Shown here: positions 28,198-37,350 of the stretch, piece after piece
Layout: each line of letters opens with the position of its first letter
Position numbering within the stretch: the stretch's first letter is position 1
Virus record (IMG/VR): IMGVR_UViG_3300048813_000197
Span: 1-55,394 of that record
From: a virus
Lineage: Duplodnaviria > Caudoviricetes
DNA length: 55,394 bases
Direction: 5' to 3' (one strand)
The notes under the pieces: model-generated
What the model saw: the letters and a program-made list of their open reading frames with translations, nothing else
What the model was told of the DNA's origin: nothing
Databases searched by the model: none
Translations under genes and position numbers: made by a program

Positions 28198-30276
28198 CTA
28201 GTTTCCGCCGCAGTGATAGAACAGATTGCCGGTCAGAGATGAAAAAGTGAAGGTCACTGCTGTTGCGCTCTGCGCTGTGTTGGCTACAGGGGTAGCTGCT
28301 TGGTTGTCAATGGCTGTACAGAAAGCCGCGTTTGTCCAGCCGGAGTTAGCGAAAGTGATCGTGACAGTTGTAGCGGAACTCAACCCGGTAATCTCACCAT
28401 CGGAGTTGGTTGAGGAAGCCGCAATCGAACCCGCTGAAGTGGTTGGCGCTGTGCCGATTACGTGTTGGGTGCCATATTTCCAGGTGCCAGTTATTGACGA
28501 ATTGCCGATGGTCGTTGTATTGCTTCCGTTTCCGACCGCTGCGTTGCCAATCACATTCTCGTTTGTGTCGCCGCTCGCCTTAGCTTCCGTGGCAAAGCCC
28601 AAATATACGCTGTTTGAGGAGGTTGCGTTGGCTGTCGAACCGTCGCTGATAAAGCGACCAGCCCCGTATCCCTGCGCAATGTTGCTGCCGCCTGTGGTAT
28701 TGAAGTAAAGAGCCTGAGTTCCCTGCGCGGTGTTGCTGTTGCCGGTTGTGTTGGAGTAAAGAGCCGCGTACCCCTGCACCGCATTGCCGCCGCCTGTTGT
28801 GTTGGAGAAGAGAGATTCGTACCCCTGCGCGGTGTTGATGGAGCCTGTTGTGTTGGAGTAAAGAGCCTGAGTTCCCTGCGCGGTGTTGCTGCCGCCTGTT
28901 GTGTTGAAGTAAAGAGCCTGACTTCCCTCCCCGGTGTTGCTGCCGCCTGTTGTGTTGAAGAAGAGAGCCCTGAACCCATACGCGGTGTTGATGGAGCCTG
29001 TTGTGTTGGAGTAAAGAGCCCTGAACCCATACGCAGAGTTGTAGTTACCTGTTGTGTTGTAAGAACCACCGCCGCCTGAATAAGAGCTATAGAGTGTGGC
29101 TAAACCCTGATACAACATGGTAGTCGATACCGCGCCGGTCGAATCTTTTCCCACATACGAAAAAGTTGTGATGGGCGAGATGAGCTTTGCACTGATAGCT
29201 ACGGTGCCGTTGAAGGATGAAGTCGGCGTATAAGTCAGCGAAGTCGCGTTAGCCTGTGGGCCGGTTACTAGCGAGGAACTGGAAGTCGATGCCGACGTTG
29301 TAGGCTGAGCGGTTCCAATAGCCACAGTGACAGTTCCCAGCCCCGTGTTGCCTGTGATTCCCGTCACGAGTTGGTAGTAACTGCCACTTGTGAAGCCTGT
29401 ACATGTGAGTGGTGCAGTTGTTCCCGGCGCAACATAGTTGGGATAAGTGCCAGTCCAGCCGGTTCCTGAGCAAGTTCCGCTGGTTGTCAATTCAGGTCCC
29501 AGAGGAGCTGAATCCGTAGCTGATGATGCAGCCGGAGAAGTGATTGTTGGCATCGTCTGATTGGCCGTAAACACATTGCTGGCCACAAGGCTTGCGGCAC
29601 CTAGAGCGGATACAGCCGCGGCTGCCGTCGTCGCGCCCGTCCCGCCATTCCCGATTGCGACCGTCCCCGTCACGTTGGCAGCGTTGCCGCTGGTATTCGC
29701 CGCGTTGTTCGGTATATCGCCGCTCACCAGCGCCCTGAACGTTGGCGTTGCTGCTGATCCTGTCGATGGACCTGCAAGAATTGTATTGGCCGTCTGAGTG
29801 GCAAGGGTCGGACCAAATGTACCAGAAGAAGTAATTGGCGAACCAGGGACCGAGGTATTGAAAAGAACTCCAGGCATCGTCATACCTACGCTGGTGACGG
29901 TGCCCCCTGTAGCCACAGTGAACGCCCACGCCGTGCCCGTCCAATTCAGATATCCCGTGGTCAGCGCGGGGAGAGCGTTACTCAGGATGCCGGTAACTTC
30001 ACAAGCTGGATACGTCCCGCTGGTGTCACCTCCGCACGCGCCACCGGGAATGAGATGTCCGCCGGAGTCGCACGCAAGAGGATAATAGGTTCCGCTATTA
30101 GCCCCATAAATGGCGACTGAAGTCGGTGGAATCGCTATCCCGGTTCCGGTCGAAGATGCAATCGGTATCCACGATCCGGAATACATGCAGTAGCCAAGAT
30201 TTGCCTGTGGATGGAATTGAGCGAATGCAGAAGTGGCGCATAAGGCCAGTAATATGAGTACTATCTTTCTCATCAT
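28198..30276 (-). CDS. tail fibre/adhesin-like protein with N-terminal signal peptide
   Basis: MRKIVLILLALCATSAFA-Q; GTVAIGNGGTGATTA and PTFRALVSGDIP fibre motifs; 17-aa repeats. Confidence 0.75.
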   Translation of the reverse strand: MMRKIVLILLALCATSAFAQFHPQANLGYCMYSGSWIPIASSTGTGIAIPPTSVAIYGANSGTYYPLACDSGGHLIPGGACGGDTSGTYPACEVTGILSNALPALTTGYLNWTGTAWAFTVATGGTVTSVGMTMPGVLFNTSVPGSPITSSGTFGPTLATQTANTILAGPSTGSAATPTFRALVSGDIPNNAANTSGNAANVTGTVAIGNGGTGATTAAAAVSALGAASLVASNVFTANQTMPTITSPAASSATDSAPLGPELTTSGTCSGTGWTGTYPNYVAPGTTAPLTCTGFTSGSYYQLVTGITGNTGLGTVTVAIGTAQPTTSASTSSSSLVTGPQANATSLTYTPTSSFNGTVAISAKLISPITTFSYVGKDSTGAVSTTMLYQGLATLYSSYSGGGGSYNTTGNYNSAYGFRALYSNTTGSINTAYGFRALFFNTTGGSNTGEGSQALYFNTTGGSNTAQGTQALYSNTTGSINTAQGYESLFSNTTGGGNAVQGYAALYSNTTGNSNTAQGTQALYFNTTGGSNIAQGYGAGRFISDGSTANATSSNSVYLGFATEAKASGDTNENVIGNAAVGNGSNTTTIGNSSITGTWKYGTQHVIGTAPTTSAGSIAASSTNSDGEITGLSSATTVTITFANSGWTNAAFCTAIDNQAATPVANTAQSATAVTFTFSSLTGNLFYHCGGN
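28660..29060 (-). repeat. eight 51-bp (17-aa) tandem repeats NTTGxxNxAxGxxALyx
   Basis: Visible in DNA and protein; boundaries approximate. Confidence 0.9.
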
Positions 30277-30283
30277 CCCGCTC

Positions 30284-30853
30284 CTATACCTGCTTGAATG
30301 CGGCCACGAATGAGTCCGCGCTCGTTCCGTAACCCCAGTATGCCGAGGTTTGGTCGGATTGTGTTGTGCCGATACTCGTTGTGTCGAATAGATTGCCGGG
30401 GGCCAGAACCTCGATTACCGAGGAATCAGTTGCGGAAACGGTGCTCGCCACGCCAATGTAAAGCACGTTGCTACCAAGGAAGCGGATGCGCACCTCACCG
30501 GCATCCTCATTCAGCACGCACCATTCACCGGTTGCGGCATGCGCTTGCTTGAGGCCCTGGACGACCATGACGGTCGCGGAGGTGATAGACTTCACCGTGC
30601 CCTGATCGGGAATCGACCCAGCGGCAACGATGCCCGGATTGAAGGCCGCAGTCAGGCCGACGGCCACTCGATCGCCAGGCAGGAATCCCTTGGTTGAGGT
30701 AACCGTCAGCGAGCACTGGGTCTCGTTTGAGCCAGGGCCGAGTTGATTGCTGAATGGATCCGGCGGCGGCGTGACGGCCGCGGTGACGGCAGACCCAAAA
30801 ACTGGCTGCGCGGAACCTGTGACTAATTGCACCCCAAAGAAAGGTCGAAGCAT
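30284..30853 (-). CDS. putative virion structural protein
   Basis: Beta-rich, LTVTSTKGFLPGDRV motif; structural operon. Confidence 0.65.
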   Translation of the reverse strand: MLRPFFGVQLVTGSAQPVFGSAVTAAVTPPPDPFSNQLGPGSNETQCSLTVTSTKGFLPGDRVAVGLTAAFNPGIVAAGSIPDQGTVKSITSATVMVVQGLKQAHAATGEWCVLNEDAGEVRIRFLGSNVLYIGVASTVSATDSSVIEVLAPGNLFDTTSIGTTQSDQTSAYWGYGTSADSFVAAFKQV

Positions 30854-30856
30854 AAA

Positions 30857-31216
30857 TCAGTCCCCCTTCGTTCTGGTAAGCGGATTGCGCGCGCTGCTTC
30901 CGTATATCGACGGGCAGCATGGCGATTCCGTGCAGGTCGGTTCCGCCGGCTCGTGAACGTTCTTGTAACTCGAGCGCGCTCCAATCCCGCCCATGGCGCC
31001 GCGAACGTTGTCCATGATCGAATTGGGTTTGAGGACGTACTTCCCTTTACCGCCCCAATCATTCGCCACTTCCGGGTCAAACTCATCGTGAACACCCAGC
31101 CGCGAGCGGTCGATGTGAAAGTTGTCGGTTGCAGATTTGGTGTTCTGCGGCGCTTCGATCTTGCCGTAGTTGCGATTGCGGAAAGTGTCGTGGACACGGT
31201 TACTGGGAATGGTCAT
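30857..31216 (-). CDS. hypothetical protein
   Basis: Start reassigned to ATG 31216; fills the operon gap. Confidence 0.6.
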   Translation of the reverse strand: MTIPSNRVHDTFRNRNYGKIEAPQNTKSATDNFHIDRSRLGVHDEFDPEVANDWGGKGKYVLKPNSIMDNVRGAMGGIGARSSYKNVHEPAEPTCTESPCCPSIYGSSARNPLTRTKGD

Positions 31217-31412
31217 AGAAAGCCCCCGAAATAAAGAGGTTTGGATGCGGGAAGTTGAATGTTGCCTGGGCATAGGCGTCCTGCAACATCTTGAGCGTGA
31301 TCGGACAGTTGCCTTCAGGATAGAATTCCGGCTCGGCTACCAAGGTAGATGGAGCAATTGCCGCCGTCGCCGCAACCGCCAACACTGTCTTTCCAAACTC
31401 TCGCCTGTTCAT
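31200..31412 (-). CDS. Tat-signal peptide fused to a major-capsid peptide
   Basis: MNRREFGKTVLAVAATAAIA; PITLKMLQDAYAQATFNFPHPNL vs capsid PITVTALQKAYGQATFGNRQPNL; RBS GGAGG, ATGA coupling. Confidence 0.75.
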   Translation of the reverse strand: MNRREFGKTVLAVAATAAIAPSTLVAEPEFYPEGNCPITLKMLQDAYAQATFNFPHPNLFISGAFYDHSQ

Positions 31413-31777
31413 GCGAACCTCCGTCTGTAGCTTTCCCTGCTGCCGTACTTGAATCGGTGGATGTCGGCGACTTCGATCTTCCGCTGTTGAGGCGGGTCAT
31501 CAAAGTTCTGCGCGTCGGAGTTGAGGACGACGCTCTGGAAACCGTAACGCTTCTCCGCGGCCGAAAGCTGGCGGAGATTTTCGACGTGGAGTTTCTGGCC
31601 AAATTCATCCGCCACATGATCGAGCGTGAGGCAAAAGCTATTCGTCTGAGCTTTCTTGATGACAGCCACTCGCTTGCATCCGCAGTCTACGCCTAGACCG
31701 ACGAATTTGCCTTCCGCGTTCGTCTCGTACACTTTGCGATAAACAGATACGCCACAGGATTCACAGGTTTGACTCAT
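31409..31777 (-). CDS. Cys-containing hypothetical protein
   Basis: CESC..DCGC; RBS GAGGA before ATG 31777. Confidence 0.65.
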   Translation of the reverse strand: MSQTCESCGVSVYRKVYETNAEGKFVGLGVDCGCKRVAVIKKAQTNSFCLTLDHVADEFGQKLHVENLRQLSAAEKRYGFQSVVLNSDAQNFDDPPQQRKIEVADIHRFKYGSRESYRRRFA

Positions 31778-31784
31778 ATCGTCC

Positions 31785-32825
31785 TCAGTCCCAAAAGTCT
31801 CCGCCACCACTTCCAGCAGATACGGCATGTTGCGCGTTCCACGTAGCTCCCCCAGGAGTCCAATATGGAAGGTCTTCGCCTGCTATTGTAGCGCTTGTTC
31901 GGTATAAATTTTCATCCGCATTCGCCATATCAAGCAAAAGGGCAAGATATTCCTGATGGAACGTATTTGCGAGCGACAAGGCAGTTTGAGGATCGTAGCC
32001 TGGATTCTCCTTCGGTTTGAACCGTAAAGCCCAACACATCGCCTCCTTCACCACCACATCGCAACGGATGTAGGGAGGCAGGCAATCTGTATCGAGTACG
32101 AGATTCGGAGGCTGAATATACGCATTCCAAGGAAGCACCTGTTGCGTCCATGGGGCGGGCCATAGTTCGACCATGTAGTTGCCATTCGGATCGGCCGGAT
32201 AAGGAGCCACTCCAATCGGATAGTTGGTGGTGATACGCCACGCATCGAAGGTATTCATGAAGTCCTGCGTCAGATTCAACCGCAGACGGAATCCCATTTG
32301 GAAATTCACCATTTGCTTGATGTACTTGATATTCGGCCCGAGGTTGTAATACATCTGCACGATGTAGTACCCGCCGGTCTGTATCGTCACATTTGGCGGG
32401 AATGGCGCGCCGAAGGGTAAGGCTAAAGTCAGGGTCTGCGCAAACGGATCAACATTCGTGATCGTGTATGGCGGGCAGGTTAAGCCGAGGCGAAACTGGC
32501 GACCAATGAGCGTCTGATCCCATCCGGTATAGCTACCCTGAATGGTGTTGTTGCCTTGGACGATATTTGAGCCAAGAGTACAGGTAGCGGTGCCGACCGA
32601 TACTGCTTGCGGAGTGATGGTTTGCCCAGCAGTATATAGACCGTACCACTGCTTCATATCATAAATTTGGCGGACGATCTGATTTACCCATCCGGGCATC
32701 TGAGCGACAGAGTTAGGGTTCCAGGCGGTCGCAGATCCCTGAATTTGGCCGAAGTTCATCTGCGAGGTGTATGGTTGCACACCTTGATTCGGCAAAATTT
32801 GATTGGCTATCTGTACCGGCGGCAA
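31785..32825 (-). CDS. head-tail adaptor-like virion protein
   Basis: WVNQIVRQIY..W, VELWPAP..Y..D.LP motifs; follows capsid genes. Confidence 0.65.
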   Translation of the reverse strand: MPPVQIANQILPNQGVQPYTSQMNFGQIQGSATAWNPNSVAQMPGWVNQIVRQIYDMKQWYGLYTAGQTITPQAVSVGTATCTLGSNIVQGNNTIQGSYTGWDQTLIGRQFRLGLTCPPYTITNVDPFAQTLTLALPFGAPFPPNVTIQTGGYYIVQMYYNLGPNIKYIKQMVNFQMGFRLRLNLTQDFMNTFDAWRITTNYPIGVAPYPADPNGNYMVELWPAPWTQQVLPWNAYIQPPNLVLDTDCLPPYIRCDVVVKEAMCWALRFKPKENPGYDPQTALSLANTFHQEYLALLLDMANADENLYRTSATIAGEDLPYWTPGGATWNAQHAVSAGSGGGDFWD

Positions 32826-32903
32826 GATCGGAATCGGGATACCCTCCTTGAGGTGGAGGGGAGGGGCGCGGAACTGTTTTGAACCCCGCCCCTCTTTTGA
32901 GCC

Positions 32904-34133
32904 TTATTCTCCGCTGGTCAGGAACTGAACGAACCAGGAGCATCCGCTCAGATCGGTACCGGGCGAAACCTGCGGTGTCGAAGTCGGCACACCGGTCACA
33001 AGCAGCGCGGCCGAGCCAGAATCCGCGGCAGTCGTGAATCCAGCATTCGGATAGTTGGCCGTGAATATCTTGTCGGTGAGCGATGCGGAGCTTAGCACGG
33101 TCAGAACATCGCCGTTGACCCCAGCGCCATTCGTCAGACCGCGAACCAGAACCATATTGCCGGGCACGAAGTTCTGAAGAGCGGTCAGCGTGACGAGACC
33201 GGCGGTGCCGGCGCTCGATGCTGTTGCCAGCGAGTTGGTAATCGAAGCGGCGAGAGTTGTGGTGATGGGAGCGCCACCTGCGGTGACCAGCAATTTGGCG
33301 GTGCCGGTGTCGGCGGCGGTGGTAAATGAAGTGCCGGTCCAGGTCGCGGTGAACTGCGTGCTGCTCGCTGTGAGAATCTGCGCGATGACGCCGTTGGCAG
33401 TCGCACCGTTTGTCAGCCCGCCGATGATGACGAACTGGCCAGGCGTGAAGGTATTCGCGCAGGTCATCGTCAAGAGGCTCGACGTGGACAACGAGTTGGT
33501 GATGGCCGCCGAAGTTCCGGTGGTCAGAAGATTTCCGGTTCCAGCCTGCACCAACTGATAGGTGATGGTGATATCGGCGGTTGCCGCGGTGATGTTGGCT
33601 GTCGGGAAGACCGCTGTCCACTGAGTCGCGCTCGCGCTCGCCACCTGCAGAATCGCTCCGGCAAATGCGGCACCCGCCCCCGTGCTCTGGTAATAGACGA
33701 ACTGGCCCGCCTTCAGGGAATTCGGCTGTGTGACGGTGATGAGATCAGATGTCACGCCAACGGTGGTCGAAGCAGCGGCTGACACCGGACCTAGGCCCAA
33801 TGGCGTTCCGGCCGTAACCGCCGGCAGGGAAACGATCATCGTAAGAGTTGTTGACGGAGCGGGCGTGGTGCCGAATGAACCCGATGCTGGAACAAAATCG
33901 ACATTATACGCCGCTGCCGCCGCGTTGGCCGCAAGAGGTATTGCCCCGTATGCGAACTCACCCTCGAATGATCCGGTGACGTTGACGTTGGCGCCAACTC
34001 CGAGACCATTGGGAATCACGTATCCGCCGAGGGGGTAGTCGGACGCGCCGGGCTGCAACTGAGCGCCTCTCGCGAACTGAGAGAAGCCGAGTTGCGCCTT
34101 GCAATCAGGAATGCCTGTAATCGTCAAAGCCAT
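32904..34133 (-). CDS. capsid decoration / minor virion protein with three internal repeats
   Basis: DYPLGGY N-terminus; repeated N.f..G..V.i.GLTNG...NG modules; RBS AGGAG. Confidence 0.65.
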   Translation of the reverse strand: MALTITGIPDCKAQLGFSQFARGAQLQPGASDYPLGGYVIPNGLGVGANVNVTGSFEGEFAYGAIPLAANAAAAAYNVDFVPASGSFGTTPAPSTTLTMIVSLPAVTAGTPLGLGPVSAAASTTVGVTSDLITVTQPNSLKAGQFVYYQSTGAGAAFAGAILQVASASATQWTAVFPTANITAATADITITYQLVQAGTGNLLTTGTSAAITNSLSTSSLLTMTCANTFTPGQFVIIGGLTNGATANGVIAQILTASSTQFTATWTGTSFTTAADTGTAKLLVTAGGAPITTTLAASITNSLATASSAGTAGLVTLTALQNFVPGNMVLVRGLTNGAGVNGDVLTVLSSASLTDKIFTANYPNAGFTTAADSGSAALLVTGVPTSTPQVSPGTDLSGCSWFVQFLTSGE

Positions 34134-34150
34134 GGTGCAGCTCCTTGAGC

Positions 34151-34807
34151 TTAATAGGTCCAGTCAGTGTCAACGAGAACATCGGCGTTGCCGCTCGAGA
34201 TCGCGGTGAGTGCCTGAAGAATGCGCTTTGAGATCGGCGCGGTGCCGGATGCGGTGCGGGTGAGCGTGAAGTTGCCGGAACTCATGGTCAGCGAATCGCC
34301 AATCGCGGTCGATCCCGGCACATAAGCACCCTTCACGAAGCCAGATGTGGCGATCCACACATAGTTGCCGTTGAGCGCCGTGGCGAGTTGCGCGCCAGTC
34401 AGCGACCCAGGGTAAATGGTGGTGTTGACCAGCAAGAGTCCGGCGAAACTGTTGAGGTTGCCGGTCGCGGCCGGGTTGCCCTCGGAGAAGGTTCCGGTGA
34501 CAGTCGTGAATGTCTCATCGGTCCACGCCACGGGCGCGGGATACGCAAGGCAGTTCGCGTTGGTCGTCGAGTTATAGCGCACGTAACGCAGCACGAGCGG
34601 CGCACCCTGACCGTTGACAGTTGAGAGCAGGCCGGGAATGACAGGCGAGAGATACGCCTGACCAAGCAGGTTGTAGGCGCCGTTCGGGTACGGCGGCTGG
34701 TTCGACTGAATCACCTGCTGCGTGGACGACGCACTGGCGATGTATGGGTCGATATTGGTGTACGGATTTCCCGAGTTGATTACCGCAAAATCCAAGCCTG
34801 CGCTCAT
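34151..34807 (-). CDS. capsid cement/decoration protein
   Basis: LRYVRY, NYVWIATSG, GDSL motifs; directly after major capsid. Confidence 0.65.
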   Translation of the reverse strand: MSAGLDFAVINSGNPYTNIDPYIASASSTQQVIQSNQPPYPNGAYNLLGQAYLSPVIPGLLSTVNGQGAPLVLRYVRYNSTTNANCLAYPAPVAWTDETFTTVTGTFSEGNPAATGNLNSFAGLLLVNTTIYPGSLTGAQLATALNGNYVWIATSGFVKGAYVPGSTAIGDSLTMSSGNFTLTRTASGTAPISKRILQALTAISSGNADVLVDTDWTY

Positions 34808-34865
34808 CGTAAAACTCCCGGCGCCAGTTGCGCCTTGTTACTGCAAAATCTTTGTTTACAAAAGC

Positions 34866-35840
34866 CTAACCAGTCACCCCGGACAAGATAAAGCCCAACC
34901 GCGGCGCGCTCACCACGATGTCGCCACCGAAGCAAAGCTGGCCGGCGCTGTCCACCGAGTTCGGCAGTTCCTTGAACCCGGTAAAGCCGAAGCCGAAGAG
35001 CTCGTGATCGGAGATGTGGACATTCAGGAAGTCGGTGTTCATGCCGAAGACATAGCCGGTCGGCACATACTGATCGACAACAAGGCGCTGGTTGTTGAAC
35101 CGGATGGCGGTGAAGCCAATGTTCTGCGCCTGGTCGATCATGATGTTGTCGTTGACACGCTGCGCCGGAACCAACTTGTTGTAGAGCTGGTTGTAGATCG
35201 ACTGCGTGGTGGCGATGAGGTTTGGCTGCCGGTTTCCGAAGGTGGCCTGGCCATAAGCCTTCTGCAGAGCGGTGACCGTGATAGGTCCGGCCACATTCTG
35301 ATAGTAGCCGTTGATGCCGGTCGAGGCGCCGGTACCGATGGCCGCGCGGGGAAGCCCGCCGTAGGTCGGATAGTTGGTGCCGTCGTCGTACCCGGCGAGC
35401 AACCCGTCGAGGGCGATCTGTGAGGAGACGGTGCCCTGGCCGTCATTGTAGATGTCGATGGCGAGCGCCTGGGCCAGAGCCTGCGAGCCGTTGATCATCT
35501 TCTCTTCGACGAAGCTCATCACCGCGTTCGTGCCCATGTTGATGGGAAGCTGAGTCCCCTGGATGGTCACGTTGGCGTAATAGAACTTCACCGCAAAGGT
35601 CATCGCCGTGTCCGTCTGGACATAGCTGATGTCGAAGGTGGACCCAGGCGCGAACGGACCAGCCTTCAGAGGCGCGTACTGGATGGGCTGCTGGATGTAG
35701 AGGCCGCCCGGGAAGGGCTTGACTGTCTCACCCTTGAAGATCAGAACGAAGACGGGAGATACCTTGTAATATTCGTCCACGATCTCGGGGACGATCTCCT
35801 GTTTCGTTACGGCCGAAATATCATTGATTGTCAGCGCCAT
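34866..35840 (-). CDS. major capsid protein (HK97 fold)
   Basis: 324 aa after scaffold; IYNDG...LDGL, TYGGLPR, PNLIATT, GFTAIRFN..LVVD, PRLG.L.G motifs. Confidence 0.9.
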   Translation of the reverse strand: MALTINDISAVTKQEIVPEIVDEYYKVSPVFVLIFKGETVKPFPGGLYIQQPIQYAPLKAGPFAPGSTFDISYVQTDTAMTFAVKFYYANVTIQGTQLPINMGTNAVMSFVEEKMINGSQALAQALAIDIYNDGQGTVSSQIALDGLLAGYDDGTNYPTYGGLPRAAIGTGASTGINGYYQNVAGPITVTALQKAYGQATFGNRQPNLIATTQSIYNQLYNKLVPAQRVNDNIMIDQAQNIGFTAIRFNNQRLVVDQYVPTGYVFGMNTDFLNVHISDHELFGFGFTGFKELPNSVDSAGQLCFGGDIVVSAPRLGFILSGVTG

Positions 35841-35866
35841 CTCTGGCCTCCGTTATTTGAATTTGC

Positions 35867-36595
35867 CTAGCTCGCCATTTCGTCGCGGCGAGCCATGATC
35901 CTGTCAAGTTGCGCGGCTGCACGGCCCGCGCCGGTTGTTTCTGATGCTGCGCCCGTCGCCGTGCGCCGTTGGAAAGTAAGGATTGCCTTGTTGGTGGACG
36001 GACCAGGCGTGGTGCCGGGGACATGCTGGCCGGACTGAGCAGAAGTCGCAGCCTTGACCCCTTCGGCAACCTTTGTGGCGATGGTCCGCTCAGTGACTAC
36101 TGGAGCAACAAAAGCCTCATAAGCAGCGGTGATCGAAGGATATCGTGCCGCTTTTCCTGCGGGGGACTCCAAGAAATCGTTGAACTTTGCGGAGTCGAAT
36201 GGCGCACCGGTTTCCTTCTCGGCGCGATAGTAGATGCGATTCAACTCATCGGCGCGCTGGATGGAAATCTTCACCGCGTTGTTGACCAGTTCGTCGCCGC
36301 GCGTCTTGACGGCATCGGCAATTTTGGTCTCAATGGTGGTGTTGATCGTGCCGAGTCTTGCGTCGAGCACCCGCTCAAAAGCACTGAGGTCGAATTGTCC
36401 CGGAGGCGGCGGAGTTCCTTGCCGCGCTGCCGGAGGAGTAACGACGGCTGGCGGCGTTTCTACTTCGTCGTTATCGTAGTAACTGCGAAGCTCGTCACCG
36501 CGAGACAAACGGGTCGCCAGATCCGTCCTTGCCTCCAGTTTCGCGTATTCTGCCGGGCTTAGAATGCCCTTCAAATCTTCGAGGATCGATGCCAT
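35867..36595 (-). CDS. capsid scaffolding protein
   Basis: Helical, P/A-rich linkers, ITAAYEAF motif; immediately upstream of capsid. Confidence 0.7.
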   Translation of the reverse strand: MASILEDLKGILSPAEYAKLEARTDLATRLSRGDELRSYYDNDEVETPPAVVTPPAARQGTPPPPGQFDLSAFERVLDARLGTINTTIETKIADAVKTRGDELVNNAVKISIQRADELNRIYYRAEKETGAPFDSAKFNDFLESPAGKAARYPSITAAYEAFVAPVVTERTIATKVAEGVKAATSAQSGQHVPGTTPGPSTNKAILTFQRRTATGAASETTGAGRAAAQLDRIMARRDEMAS

Positions 36596-36614
36596 GAGTA
36601 TTTACCTCTCTCGT

Positions 36615-36998
36615 CTAGGCTGCATGTGAATCGTCTGATTGCGATGGTGGTGGTGCCGGAGGTCCGCCGGCTGGCGGTGCTGCATCGGGCGGAGGAGCAT
36701 CGGCAGGCTTATCGTCTCCCGAGTCCAGATCCTTCGGGTCTTTCTTCAACCCCTGCACAACCAGTTCCTTGATGCCTTCCTTCAACTTGTCGATGCCAGG
36801 CTTCAAGTCTTTCTTCAACTTCGTCATCTTCGAAAGGACGCGGTATACCCCCGTCAATCCCTTCATCAATTCTTCGTCCACATCCGAGTCCGCACCTTTT
36901 TTCCCGCCAGGAGGAGGACCACCGGAAGCGGCATCCCCGCCAGCAGGCAGGTTGTCGTAGAACGAAGGCGGCGCGGCAGTGGGTGCGGGAAGTGGCAT
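36615..36998 (-). CDS. hypothetical head-module protein
   Basis: Pro-rich ends with a helical core. Confidence 0.7.
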   Translation of the reverse strand: MPLPAPTAAPPSFYDNLPAGGDAASGGPPPGGKKGADSDVDEELMKGLTGVYRVLSKMTKLKKDLKPGIDKLKEGIKELVVQGLKKDPKDLDSGDDKPADAPPPDAAPPAGGPPAPPPSQSDDSHAA

Positions 36999-37001
36999 GG
37001 G

Positions 37002-37175
37002 TTATTTGGGGTTCTTTACCGGATGGCCGGTCTTCACGTTCGGGCTGAATCCGCGGTCGGGGATCACACGGTCGTTGATCATGTGGCCGAAAAGAGCAAT
37101 CTTCCCGCCAGTGATCTTGGGCGATGTAACCGGCCCGCCGAACGTCTCTTCGCTTACGCGCTCATTCTTTGCCAT
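37002..37175 (-). CDS. 57-aa hypothetical head-module protein
   Basis: Not in ORF track. MAKNERVSEETFGGPVTSPKITGGKIALFGHMINDRVIPDRGFSPNVKTGHPVKNPK; RBS GAGGT. Confidence 0.7.
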   Translation of the reverse strand: MAKNERVSEETFGGPVTSPKITGGKIALFGHMINDRVIPDRGFSPNVKTGHPVKNPK

Positions 37176-37195
37176 GGGAGTTTACCTCTTGGGTT

Positions 37196-37220
37196 GAGGA
37201 GGCCGGTTGCCCGGCCCCTC
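37196..37220 (-). other. GC-rich intergenic hairpin
   Basis: GAGGGGCCGG-GCAA-CCGGCCTCCTC with GNRA loop, no U tract. Confidence 0.6.
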
Positions 37221-37252
37221 GGTTGTGGTTGGGCTACCTGACAGCGTGAAAT

Positions 37253-37321
37253 CTACTTTTCACGCTTCGACTTACGGCCACCGTGACGCTTGTGACCTTT
37301 CCGCTTATGGCCCTTACGCAT
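37253..37321 (-). CDS. 22-aa protamine-like peptide
   Basis: MRKGHKRKGHKRHGGRKSKREK, RBS AAAGGAG 6 nt upstream. Confidence 0.7.
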   Translation of the reverse strand: MRKGHKRKGHKRHGGRKSKREK

Positions 37322-37350
37322 GTGGAACTCCTTTCGGATCGGTTTTTTTA

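Noticed and set aside
28660-29060. Fibre repeats as CRISPR array or DGR template
   Set aside because: In-frame coding repeats without unique spacers; no reverse transcriptase or cas genes
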